This document shows positions 24,645-33,160 of a stretch of DNA of 64,000 nt, piece after piece. The translations under genes and the position numbers were made by a program. Under the pieces are notes generated by a model. The model saw only the letters and a program-made list of their open reading frames with translations. It was not told the DNA's origin and searched no databases. The stretch's first letter is position 1; every line of letters begins with the position of its first letter. The DNA comes from a virus: positions 1 to 64,000 of IMG/VR virus record IMGVR_UViG_3300007512_000009; one strand, 5' to 3'.

Positions 24645-24887
24645 ATGTCTATATCTAATAAAAAGGGGAAAAACGACTGGAAAGAACCCGAAGATAAGAC
24701 TAAATGGCTTCTTGATTTGATTGAGGCAGGTGAGTCAGTGGTAAAAGGATATGAACAATACCTATTAAATAGGGTAGACCACATAGAGTTAGCAAAATTG
24801 ATGACAATGCTACATGATTTATTACCAATGTCTATTAATGACAATTATGATGATGATGGTAATGAAAAAAAGAAGAAGAATAGTTGA
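24645..24887 (+). CDS. Hypothetical protein
   Basis: 80 aa, GGAGAGG RBS. Confidence 0.65.
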   Translation: MSISNKKGKNDWKEPEDKTKWLLDLIEAGESVVKGYEQYLLNRVDHIELAKLMTMLHDLLPMSINDNYDDDGNEKKKKNS

Positions 24888-24912
24888 CATCTTAGAGCCG
24901 TTCTGGTATAAT
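24884..24912 (+). promoter_or_regulatory. sigma70-type early promoter
   Basis: TTGACA-17-TATAAT; spacer contains AGCCGTT. Confidence 0.9.
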
Positions 24913-24994
24913 AAACATTCGTTAAGAGGATACGCAATCTCCCGATGGGTTGAGTGTCTGACAAAGTGAAGCATCGGAAAAAGGAGAACTGATT

Positions 24995-25273
24995 ATGGCA
25001 ATGCCCTCAGTTTCGAAACGTAGACAGGTAATCAACTACCTAACTAACTCTGACAATGGTCTTACTGCTTCAGAAGCAAAAAGCCGTTATGGAATCAAAC
25101 GACTTGCAACAGTTATGCATTACATTAAGGCTCAACTTGAGTCAAATGGTAATTGGGAAGTTGTTACAGAAACCACACCACGTGGTAACACTCGATATTT
25201 TATCAATGACATTCATCCAAACCGTACTTACGGTTTTAACCGAATGGGTAAACGAGTACTTGCTACTGCATAA
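24995..25273 (+). CDS. Winged helix-turn-helix DNA-binding protein
   Basis: VINYL...GLTASEAKSRYGIKRLATVMHYIK, then a beta wing. AAGGAG RBS. Confidence 0.75.
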   Translation: MAMPSVSKRRQVINYLTNSDNGLTASEAKSRYGIKRLATVMHYIKAQLESNGNWEVVTETTPRGNTRYFINDIHPNRTYGFNRMGKRVLATA

Positions 25274-25300
25274 CCTTCTTCTCAAAAGAAGGAATTCCTC

Positions 25301-25334
25301 TCTAGTGGTGGAGGAAGATACGACCACCACTAGA
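25301..25334 (+). other. Perfect 11-bp hairpin followed by an (AC)n run before the RBS
   Basis: TCTAGTGGTGG-12 nt-CCACCACTAGA. No U-tract, so not a typical terminator. Confidence 0.55.
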
Positions 25335-25369
25335 TTTGAACACACACACACACACAAGGAGATAAAATT

Positions 25370-25585
25370 ATGGCAAACCCCTACGAGTTACGATACGACA
25401 TTTACCAGAACGCAAGACAATCATTATCGGAAAAATTCTATAATGATTACGAAATTTGGAATAACTGGCAGTTTGATGAACAGGCAAAGGGTGAGTGTCC
25501 TATCAAGGAACGACCGTTAATGCCGACACACGAACAAGTTTTGGTAGAAGCAGAAAAAATTTACAGTTTTGTTCAACAAAAATAA
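25370..25585 (+). CDS. Conserved T4-like small protein
   Basis: MANPYELRYDIY...PTHEQVLVEAEKIYSFV; AAGGAG RBS. Confidence 0.8.
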   Translation: MANPYELRYDIYQNARQSLSEKFYNDYEIWNNWQFDEQAKGECPIKERPLMPTHEQVLVEAEKIYSFVQQK

Positions 25586-25612
25586 ATAGATTTTCTTTGA
25601 TAAGTGAATAAC

Positions 25613-25762
25613 CGTTCCTGTGGAAAAGCAGAGGCATTTTTAGACCCTAATACCCTATGCGGGTGTGATGGTGAAGATGATGTAAGATTCATTACCACTT
25701 TACACTGTGGGGCCTCGCAGTGGGAACGATAATTGATGAAAGACCCCTTGTACAAGGGGTCT
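25613..25762. ncRNA. Candidate structured non-coding RNA ending in a strong hairpin
   Basis: CGTTCC(25613)/GGAACG(25723) closing stem, internal CACTG/CAGTG stem, palindromic AGACCCCTTGTACAAGGGGTCT. Confidence 0.35.
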
Positions 25763-25770
25763 TCGTCTTA

Positions 25771-25778
25771 TATAAATA
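25771..25778 (+). promoter_or_regulatory. T4-type late promoter TATAAATA
   Basis: Exact octamer 4 nt before the ATG at 25783. Confidence 0.7.
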
Positions 25779-25782
25779 ATAT

Positions 25783-26049
25783 ATGGATAAAGTGTATGAA
25801 ATTGTTGAGGTTATTTGGGTTGATGCTGAAGAAATCGGTGAAACTGGGTGGAACAACCTAAAATCCCAAATCCGTGATGCTAAGAAACCTTGCCCTAAAA
25901 TGAAATCTGTAGGTTACCTAGTTTATCAAAATGATAAACATATATCTCTATTATCCACCGTGGGAAAAGATTTAGCATCTACTTTAGAAAAAATACCCTC
26001 AGGGTTTATAATTGAAATTAACAAGTTAACCAAGGTTGAAAAAAAATAA
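25783..26049 (+). CDS. Small phage hypothetical protein
   Basis: VEVIWVDA...GW...SVGYLV...KIPSGFI. Confidence 0.75.
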   Translation: MDKVYEIVEVIWVDAEEIGETGWNNLKSQIRDAKKPCPKMKSVGYLVYQNDKHISLLSTVGKDLASTLEKIPSGFIIEINKLTKVEKK

Positions 26050-26052
26050 AAA

Positions 26053-26343
26053 ATGATTTACGAATATAAATGCCGTGAATGTGAAGAAATATGGGAAGAA
26101 ATTCTTCCTATGTCGAAGTTCGACAAGCCCATGAAAAATAAATGTCCACACTGCGATGCTAAAAAAGGTAGCGTTTACAGATACGTAAGTACTGCACCCG
26201 CAATGCAAATGGATATGCAAATGGACATCAAAAAACCACATAATATGGGTGGATTCCAAGATGCAATGCAACGAATGGTGGAGTCGCCTGGCGTAAAAGG
26301 TACACCAGAGGCAGAACTACTTAAAGGTAAACATCTGAGTTGA
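26053..26343 (+). CDS. FmdB-like zinc-ribbon protein
   Basis: MIYEYKCREC...CPHC. Confidence 0.8.
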   Translation: MIYEYKCRECEEIWEEILPMSKFDKPMKNKCPHCDAKKGSVYRYVSTAPAMQMDMQMDIKKPHNMGGFQDAMQRMVESPGVKGTPEAELLKGKHLS

Positions 26344-26368
26344 CAACCGAAAGCCCGTAGTGTATAAT
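26340..26368 (+). promoter_or_regulatory. sigma70-type early promoter for purZ-kinase
   Basis: TTGACA-17-TATAAT with TG extension, 37 nt upstream of purZ. Confidence 0.9.
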
Positions 26369-26405
26369 AATATTACAAACGAACTCTAATTAGAAAAGGA
26401 AGTAT

Positions 26406-27497
26406 ATGATGATTGAAAATGGTAAGGTAAACTTTTTGATTGATGGACAATGGGGAAGCACTGGTAAAGGTAAACTAGCAGGTTATCTTTATAGTAAACA
26501 TCCAGAACTGACAATGGCAATAAGTGATAATATGCCTAATGCAGGACATACTTTTACAAGAGATGGAAAGAACTTCATTTTTAAAGCACTACCTACTGGT
26601 GTTCTATTTGACGGAGTGACATCGCTAATCGGACCACAATCAGTTATTGGTGAAGAACAATTTCAATACGAAATGGAAATGGTAAAAAATGAAATTGGTC
26701 ATTACCCGAAAATCATAATTCACCCGATGGCATGCGTTGTCACAGCAAGTGATAAAGATGCGGAAGCAGAAATCGTCAGCAAAATGGCAAGCACTGGACA
26801 AGGTTCGTGTGCAGCCACTGTTAAGAAAATGTGGAGAGCGGGCGAAGCAAACCTTGCTAAAAACAGCAAAATCTTAGAACCTTTCGTGGGTGATACACAT
26901 GAATTTTTACAAGAAAATTTAAAGAATGGTGGAACAGCACTTTCAGAAGGAAGTCAAGGTTTTGACCTTTCAATGAATTGCGGTCATTCTTATCCCCATA
27001 CAACATCTCGTGATTGTCTTATCGGTCGAATGATGGACAACGCAGGTTGTTCGGTCAAATCAGTTGGTAGTATCATTGCTTGTCTTCGAACTCTGCCTAT
27101 TCGTGTAGGTAGCACAGAAAATACCAGTGGCCCCTACTACGATGACCAAGTTGAACTAAATTGGGGTGATGTTTCAAATATGTGTGGGTATGATGTTGAA
27201 GAAAAAACAACAGTGACTCAAAGAATCCGTCGTGTGTTTACAATGTCGGAACAGCAAACACGCAAATTCTGTGAGTACGTGCGACCAGACTATGCATTTT
27301 TGAATTTCGTTAATTACTATGATGAACCAATGGACAGACTAGATGCAATAAATGATGTAGCAAGCATTTTGAATGAATACGGATGTGATTTAACACTACT
27401 TGGTACTGGTGCTGAACTCGATGCAATGGAAATGACTGACAATGCAACCATATCTACACAACATACAGAATTGTTAAAAAATACTCAATGTTTATGA
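26406..27497 (+). CDS. purZ: PurZ-type N6-succino-2-amino-2'-deoxyadenylate synthase (PurA paralogue)
   Basis: IDGQWGSTGKGK (Ser in place of the PurA catalytic Asp), PNAGHT, EGSQG, TTSRDC, GPYYDDQVELNW, TTVTQRIRRVF, FLNFVNY in place of TKLD. Confidence 0.85.
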   Translation: MMIENGKVNFLIDGQWGSTGKGKLAGYLYSKHPELTMAISDNMPNAGHTFTRDGKNFIFKALPTGVLFDGVTSLIGPQSVIGEEQFQYEMEMVKNEIGHYPKIIIHPMACVVTASDKDAEAEIVSKMASTGQGSCAATVKKMWRAGEANLAKNSKILEPFVGDTHEFLQENLKNGGTALSEGSQGFDLSMNCGHSYPHTTSRDCLIGRMMDNAGCSVKSVGSIIACLRTLPIRVGSTENTSGPYYDDQVELNWGDVSNMCGYDVEEKTTVTQRIRRVFTMSEQQTRKFCEYVRPDYAFLNFVNYYDEPMDRLDAINDVASILNEYGCDLTLLGTGAELDAMEMTDNATISTQHTELLKNTQCL

Positions 27498-28078
27498 GTA
27501 ATAACACAATAATTCATTGCGTAATAGGGCAAGCAGGCTCTGGTAAATCAACTTTTATACTCCAAAATTTTCCATCGGAAGAACACATTTTTTACAACGT
27601 GGGTTCTATCCTAAGAAAGATGTTCGGTGCCAGCATTGGCAAGAAACAAGATGGTAATAAAAACACGTGGGATTTTGCAGACCCTTTAGTTTATAACGTG
27701 TTTGACCATTGTCATCATATATCAAGAACTCATAATGTACCAATGGTTTCTGATGGGTTTCCGAGAAATATTAATCAACTGGACTATATAGACAAAGTGC
27801 TTAGAGTCGCTGAATATGGTAAAGTTGAAATAAACTTTCATTTATTAGATATCAGTGAAAAAGAGCAGGTACGTAGAATATTGGAAAGAAATGGTCAACT
27901 TGACCAGTACCATATAGAAAGGATTGCTGAATCACGACATAACTTTGAATGCGTTATAGAACGTCTTGAAGGTATCCTTCTTGGTGAAACCGAAAACCTT
28001 GTCTACAACTTAAACTGGTATAAACAAGAAAACGGTTCATTTCAAAAAATTAGTACAGTTAAGCATTCTAGAATATAA
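27488..28078 (+). CDS. Adenylate-kinase-like nucleoside monophosphate kinase
   Basis: P-loop GQAGSGKST, NVGSILR, DGFPRNINQ, RRILER. Overlaps the end of purZ by 10 nt. Confidence 0.85.
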   Translation: MFMSNNTIIHCVIGQAGSGKSTFILQNFPSEEHIFYNVGSILRKMFGASIGKKQDGNKNTWDFADPLVYNVFDHCHHISRTHNVPMVSDGFPRNINQLDYIDKVLRVAEYGKVEINFHLLDISEKEQVRRILERNGQLDQYHIERIAESRHNFECVIERLEGILLGETENLVYNLNWYKQENGSFQKISTVKHSRI

Positions 28079-28081
28079 ATA
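28074..28081 (+). promoter_or_regulatory. T4-type late promoter TATAAATA
   Basis: Exact octamer upstream of 28089. Confidence 0.7.
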
Positions 28082-28088
28082 ATACGTT

Positions 28089-28646
28089 ATGGCAGATTTT
28101 AGTATTAACATCCCAGACGAATATTTAGATGGTTCTGAAGACTTCGGTTTCACTACTATAGATTCTAATGAATTTGAACAAGCCGAGGCAGTAGAAAGAG
28201 AAATTACTGCTGATGTCGCTGAAGAATTAACATCGGGTCTTGTATCAAAAATAACAGGTCTTGAAGGAAAGATTAATGCGGTTCTTTTAAGGCTTAATGA
28301 TTCGACTCAAGACGATGACGATTTGATTCAATCTATTGATATGGTACGTATTGAAGAAAAAATTGATAAAATCCTCTCTATGGAAAACACGGAGATGATG
28401 TCTGCTCTAAACCAACAAGGAGAGAACATCCGTGCAGTTATTGATGAAGTAGAGGAAAGGAAAAACTTATTAGACGACCAATATAAAAAGAAATTATCAG
28501 AGGTCGAAAAAACGGTTATGCCTCTATTAATCAATCTAACTAAAAACCCAGAACGAGAGTATTTAAAGTGGCCCGACCGAGCGTCAAAGGTAAGGGGTTA
28601 TATACAAAGAGTATTAACACTCACAAGAGGAGATGAAAGTACTTGA
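28089..28646 (+). CDS. Conserved T4-like coiled-coil hypothetical protein
   Basis: DFGFT N-terminus and PLLINLTKNPEREYLKWPDR C-terminus. Confidence 0.75.
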   Translation: MADFSINIPDEYLDGSEDFGFTTIDSNEFEQAEAVEREITADVAEELTSGLVSKITGLEGKINAVLLRLNDSTQDDDDLIQSIDMVRIEEKIDKILSMENTEMMSALNQQGENIRAVIDEVEERKNLLDDQYKKKLSEVEKTVMPLLINLTKNPEREYLKWPDRASKVRGYIQRVLTLTRGDEST

Positions 28647-28688
28647 CAAAATTTGTGACAGTGAACTTTTTAGGATTATTTTTATATT

Positions 28689-29372
28689 ATGAAAACAAAA
28701 CAAAACTTTAACCATATCGGTCTAGCCGACTCGATTATCGAATTAGATACCACATATCGTAACAATAAACGATGGTATAAAATACCAAATGGGGAACTCT
28801 ACCCCAGTGTCACAACCGTTACTGGTTGGGGAAAAAGAGCATTTTTTGCTGAGTGGCGAAGAAAAAACCCAGAAGAATCAAAATTATCGCTATCAAGAGG
28901 TACTGCTTTTCACTCTCTAGTTGAAAACTACCTTAACAACGACGAAGATTTTTTAAAAGGTCAATCTTCCGATTGTATGTTTTTGTTTGAGCAATTTAAA
29001 TCATTACTGGATGGAAAAATTAGTAATATCCGTGCACAAGAAGTGCCATTGTATAGTAATACATTAAGGTTAGCCGGCAGGGTAGACTGTGTTGCAGATT
29101 ATGATGGTACTTTAAGCATTATCGACTTTAAAACTAGTAAAGCAGAGAAAAAAGAAGAATGGGTTGAAAGTTATTTCGCTCAAGCAACTGCTTATGCTAT
29201 TATGTGGAAAGAAATGACTGGTGAAACAATAGACCAAATTGTTATTTTGATATCATCTATGGACGGTTCAAGTCAAGAATTTGTTAAAAAACCTGTTAAG
29301 TACGTACCCGTCTTAAAAAAGATGATAGATGGGTATTGGAAAGACAACATACCACACGATTTTAGTTATTAA
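28689..29372 (+). CDS. PD-(D/E)xK (RecB/Cas4-like) exonuclease
   Basis: YPSVTTV, RGTAFH, AGRVDC, IIDFKTS, QATAYA. Confidence 0.9.
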   Translation: MKTKQNFNHIGLADSIIELDTTYRNNKRWYKIPNGELYPSVTTVTGWGKRAFFAEWRRKNPEESKLSLSRGTAFHSLVENYLNNDEDFLKGQSSDCMFLFEQFKSLLDGKISNIRAQEVPLYSNTLRLAGRVDCVADYDGTLSIIDFKTSKAEKKEEWVESYFAQATAYAIMWKEMTGETIDQIVILISSMDGSSQEFVKKPVKYVPVLKKMIDGYWKDNIPHDFSY

Positions 29373-30985
29373 GGTGATGTTTTCCTCATATAGGTTACAT
29401 CTATTCTTGGCCTCCAATCTATTATATTTGCATCTTTAGAAAAGTATTTGCATTGATTAATCCAATATACAAAATAAGTTGGTAATTCATCGGCTGGAAC
29501 ATTCGGCCAATCAAACTCGGCAGTAAGGCCATTGGTATCGTAAGGATAATATAACATCAGTCTGCAATCGCCTGTCCTGTTAGTCATAGCATCAGTCACC
29601 AAATCAGTAACGTTAATATGATATTGCGTTCCTTGCTCTACATCAAATAATTGAGAATATGTTGCTCCATTGGCGATTGGGAACTCTAAATCTGATGTGT
29701 CTTTGACATCAGTTGTTCCAACTGAACTACCTCCACTTGCTCCCCAATAACTGGCACTTCCAGCATGTCCGCCAGTAAAGTCCGTTACATCAACTATGTT
29801 CACGCCTGATGCACTGGCCAGTGCATCACTAACATTACCATCATTGCCTGCATTATCCATTGTAAGTGTAATTTTAGTACCACTTGAACCTTGTTTTGCA
29901 GTAATACCCAAGTCGTGGCCTGATTGACCATTTCCCTCCGAGGCATATATGAAGCGACCAGCGACCACCCCATTAATAGCATTGATAATAAAATCTGCCA
30001 CCATGTCATCGTTTTCAGATGCGTCAAGGGTGCCAATTGTGATTGTGTTAGGAGCGGCCGTTGCTTGATTGATATCATCTTTGTCTTCATCAAGTAAAAT
30101 TGTAACAGCCGTGCCACCTAAACCACCCGCAGAGGTTGGTATCGATATCGTAAACGAAGCGTCCGCATCGCTGGTGGTGTAGCCAGTTGTATCAATCGCA
30201 TCCACTGCAGTTGCAAGTCTATCTCCACCTTTATAAGACCACCATCCTGTATTTTCCATTGAACCTGCTGTATAACCGTTTGATGCACCGTCTGCACTAG
30301 ACCCTCTAGTAACTCTGGCAACTCTTATAGTAACATCTCCTTGAGCAAGATGTGATGGTACAACTGGCGGATGGTTTCCATCAGTCTGTTGGAATATCCC
30401 ACTAGCATCAGCATCTCGGGCATGTGTTTGTACTGAATCTACCGTTAATACTAATGTTGCTCGAACGACAGTATCACCAGTAGTAATACCATCAATAGTA
30501 ACCCCACCCGATGGGAATGGTGAGGGATTCCCCCAATCGGAAGATTTGAAATACATTGTGCCTCTTTTTGCGGGTGTTGATAACCATCCGTCCCTCCAAA
30601 CACCAACACCACCACCGGCTAGAGAATCTTCATGGTTGAAACCATAAGAAAAATCTGTAGACTGCACGTTGTTGTGACTGCCAGTCCAGATATGAGTAAA
30701 GGCTGAACCTATTGTAAAATAACCGTCGGAACTTGACCCAGCGTATAAATGATGTATGTCTTGGTCGTACAGGTACGTTGCACTGGTAGTACCTGTACCG
30801 CCCAAACCAGAACCATGGTCTGTATATGTTGCACCAAGGTCACCCCTGACATCGTATAGTGTCATGTCTTCTGTTGGATACCATCTTGATAAAAGTAAGG
30901 TCGGGTTGGGCGTATCAATATCAGTGAATCCTATATCAGCATCTTGATGTCTTAAGGCTGTTAATCTATGTCTTGCAAGTGTCAT
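29369..30985 (-). CDS. Putative virion-associated protein, Gly/Thr/Ser-rich, with beta-sandwich (DNRLRE-like) termini
   Basis: 538 aa. C-terminal YFSKD...RPRIDVTY; central insert ending FTGG. Confidence 0.6.
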   Translation of the reverse strand: MTLARHRLTALRHQDADIGFTDIDTPNPTLLLSRWYPTEDMTLYDVRGDLGATYTDHGSGLGGTGTTSATYLYDQDIHHLYAGSSSDGYFTIGSAFTHIWTGSHNNVQSTDFSYGFNHEDSLAGGGVGVWRDGWLSTPAKRGTMYFKSSDWGNPSPFPSGGVTIDGITTGDTVVRATLVLTVDSVQTHARDADASGIFQQTDGNHPPVVPSHLAQGDVTIRVARVTRGSSADGASNGYTAGSMENTGWWSYKGGDRLATAVDAIDTTGYTTSDADASFTISIPTSAGGLGGTAVTILLDEDKDDINQATAAPNTITIGTLDASENDDMVADFIINAINGVVAGRFIYASEGNGQSGHDLGITAKQGSSGTKITLTMDNAGNDGNVSDALASASGVNIVDVTDFTGGHAGSASYWGASGGSSVGTTDVKDTSDLEFPIANGATYSQLFDVEQGTQYHINVTDLVTDAMTNRTGDCRLMLYYPYDTNGLTAEFDWPNVPADELPTYFVYWINQCKYFSKDANIIDWRPRIDVTYMRKTSP

Positions 30986-30994
30986 TTTTAATTA

Positions 30995-31777
30995 TTATGA
31001 ACCACAAATTCTGATATCAGCAGTTCCTGTACCATCAATTACTACTCGTAGTCCTTCTGGTTTTGATGCTTCAATGAATATTGTTCCAAATTTAAGTAGT
31101 GGGAATCCATGCGCCAAAGCACCGCTTCCTGCTGTTAAACTGGTTGCTGCCGTTGCTCCAATATAAACATCTGAAGGCCCCAAATTTGTAACTCTGAATC
31201 CTGTGGTGAATGTACCTGCGGGAAGGGTTGTTCGTGCTAGGTCTGAGGTTTGGTCGATTGTAACGCCCCCTGAGGTAAATCCGTAAGAGGGGATAGCAAC
31301 AGTAAGAACATCAACATCACCGATGTTATTTGTGCTGGCTGCCAGTTTAACATCACCTGTTATTTGTGCAGTAATACCAAGAAGACCATTAGAAGCAACA
31401 CAAACTGTAGCACCGACACCAAAACCTTTAACTGTACTAATGTAATCTAAAGTACCACCTACGATTTTATCCACAGTACCACCATGTAATGTGACACCAG
31501 CAATACTTAGAGATGCACCACCACAAATTTCGATTGGTACTGCTAAAGTACCTGATGTGTTACCTGCACACGGTACGAATGTTTGACTTGGTGCATTGGT
31601 ATATGCGATAGGCAGTGGTGCGGTATTTGTTAATATAGAGTCTACACCATCACCTCCAACATTAATTTTAACTTCCTGCCAATGTCCAACATTGTCCCCA
31701 CCATAATCAGTGGCAAAGGTAGCCCCCGAAGGGTCGGTTGATGTAAGTTGAACGTTATCAGATGTTATTTGAGCCAT
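30995..31777 (-). CDS. Putative virion structural protein
   Basis: 260 aa, Gly/Thr/Ala-rich, beta-strand character. Confidence 0.6.
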   Translation of the reverse strand: MAQITSDNVQLTSTDPSGATFATDYGGDNVGHWQEVKINVGGDGVDSILTNTAPLPIAYTNAPSQTFVPCAGNTSGTLAVPIEICGGASLSIAGVTLHGGTVDKIVGGTLDYISTVKGFGVGATVCVASNGLLGITAQITGDVKLAASTNNIGDVDVLTVAIPSYGFTSGGVTIDQTSDLARTTLPAGTFTTGFRVTNLGPSDVYIGATAATSLTAGSGALAHGFPLLKFGTIFIEASKPEGLRVVIDGTGTADIRICGS

Positions 31778-31867
31778 TATCGGTATTCTCCAATATTAAT
31801 ATATGTTGACAGATATTATCTACTTATTATATATAAAATGTAAAAATACACAAAAGGGAGCATACTT

Positions 31868-32086
31868 TTGATTGAATCTACCGAATTTTGTAAGAAGGTT
31901 GAGAATCTTATTCTCAACGACACTTATGATAACTATATAGAGGCTGTTCTACGAGTATGTGATGAGGAGAGTCTTGAACCTTTTATGGGAGCAAGATTGC
32001 TTAGTCAACCCATCAAAGAGAAAATTAAAGAAGAAGGTCAAACAATAAATTTATTGCCGTCTAAGACTAAACTTCCTCTTGAATAA
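31868..32086 (+). CDS. gp33: Late transcription coactivator
   Basis: FCKKVE...YIEAV...LLSQPIKEKIKEE...NLL; directly upstream of gp32. Confidence 0.8.
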   Translation: MIESTEFCKKVENLILNDTYDNYIEAVLRVCDEESLEPFMGARLLSQPIKEKIKEEGQTINLLPSKTKLPLE

Positions 32087-32092
32087 CAATAA

Positions 32093-32121
32093 TTGACTAA
32101 ATACAGCCGTTCTGATACAAT
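32093..32121 (+). promoter_or_regulatory. sigma70-like promoter for gp32
   Basis: TTGACT-17-TACAAT; spacer contains AGCCGTT. Confidence 0.8.
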
Positions 32122-32181
32122 ACACATTAATCGTTTATACAAAACTCCGTTTACACACAATACAAAAAAAGGAAAATATAT

Positions 32182-33090
32182 ATGAGTTTTAGCAAGATGA
32201 AAAAGTCCACAGGAAACACTAGCAATCTGATGGACGAACTAAACAAAATCTCTTCAGGTAGTGGTAAGAAAGACTACAATGACGAGAGATTTTGGAAACC
32301 AACACGTGATAAATCAGACAATGGATACGCAGTTATCCGATTTCTTCCACCTGTAGATGGTGAGGATGTACCATGGGTTCGTGTCTTTAATCATGGGTTT
32401 AAAGGTAAAGGTGGATGGTTGATTGATAATTGTCCTACAACTATTGGTAAGAAATGTCCTGTTTGTGAAGCAAATAATGCATTATGGAACAGTGGTCTTG
32501 AATCAGACAAAGACATTGCTCGTAACCGTAAGCGAAAATTACAATACATTTCAAATATCGTGGTTGTTGAAGATTCAAAAAATCCTGATGCAGAAGGTAA
32601 AGTGTTTTTATATAAATTCGGTAAGAAGATTTTTGATAAGATTCAAGAAGTTCTTCAACCAGAGTTTGAAGATGAAGACCCAATGAACCCATTCGATTTC
32701 TGGAAAGGTGCAAATTTTAAAATTAAAATACGCAAAGTCGGTGGATTTGTGAATTATGATAAAAGCGAATTCACTACGCCAACTGCTTTTGCAGATGGTG
32801 ATGATGGAGCACTAGAAATAATCTGGAAAAAACAATATAAGTTGCAAGAATTTATTGGTGATGACCAGTTCAAATCGTATGATGAATTGAAATCACGGAT
32901 GGACATGGTTCTTGGTGGTGGTGGTGTTGCTACATCTGCTGTGGAAGTGTCTGAAAAGAAAGATATCCCATATCCAAAGAGTAATCCATTTGGTGAACCG
33001 AAAGCGGAAGAAAAAGCGGAAGAAGTAAGCGATAGTGAAGAAGGTGAAGATGCATTAGCCTACTTTGAAAGACTCGCTAACGAAGATTAA
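32182..33090 (+). CDS. gp32: Single-stranded DNA-binding protein
   Basis: DERFWKP..DKSDNGYAVIRFLP, CPTTIGKKCPVCE, FDFWKGANFKIK, acidic tail ending ALAYFERLA. Confidence 0.97.
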   Translation: MSFSKMKKSTGNTSNLMDELNKISSGSGKKDYNDERFWKPTRDKSDNGYAVIRFLPPVDGEDVPWVRVFNHGFKGKGGWLIDNCPTTIGKKCPVCEANNALWNSGLESDKDIARNRKRKLQYISNIVVVEDSKNPDAEGKVFLYKFGKKIFDKIQEVLQPEFEDEDPMNPFDFWKGANFKIKIRKVGGFVNYDKSEFTTPTAFADGDDGALEIIWKKQYKLQEFIGDDQFKSYDELKSRMDMVLGGGGVATSAVEVSEKKDIPYPKSNPFGEPKAEEKAEEVSDSEEGEDALAYFERLANED

Positions 33091-33113
33091 TTTTTTATAA
33101 TTTATTCTTATTT

Positions 33114-33151
33114 ACAACGGACGTGTCTAATTAGTTTAGTACGTCCGTTGT
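33114..33151. terminator. Bidirectional intrinsic terminator
   Basis: ACAACGGACGT/ACGTCCGTTGT 11-bp stem between convergent genes, with T-rich flanks. Confidence 0.75.
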
Positions 33152-33160
33152 TTTATATTA

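Noticed and set aside
25056-25520. 154-aa ORF spanning two genes
   Set aside because: It overlaps two better-supported genes and a hairpin/(AC)n region, and has no RBS or signal features, unlike the 15921/15994 pair.
26406-27497. Ordinary purA auxiliary metabolic gene
   Set aside because: The catalytic Asp is replaced by Ser and TKLD by NFVN, which fits PurZ rather than PurA.
28643-28680. sigma70 promoter at TTGACA before the exonuclease
   Set aside because: No acceptable -10 hexamer at 16-18 nt spacing.
28689-29372. Cas4 / CRISPR locus
   Set aside because: No repeat-spacer array or other cas genes. It is the common T4-like PD-(D/E)xK exonuclease.
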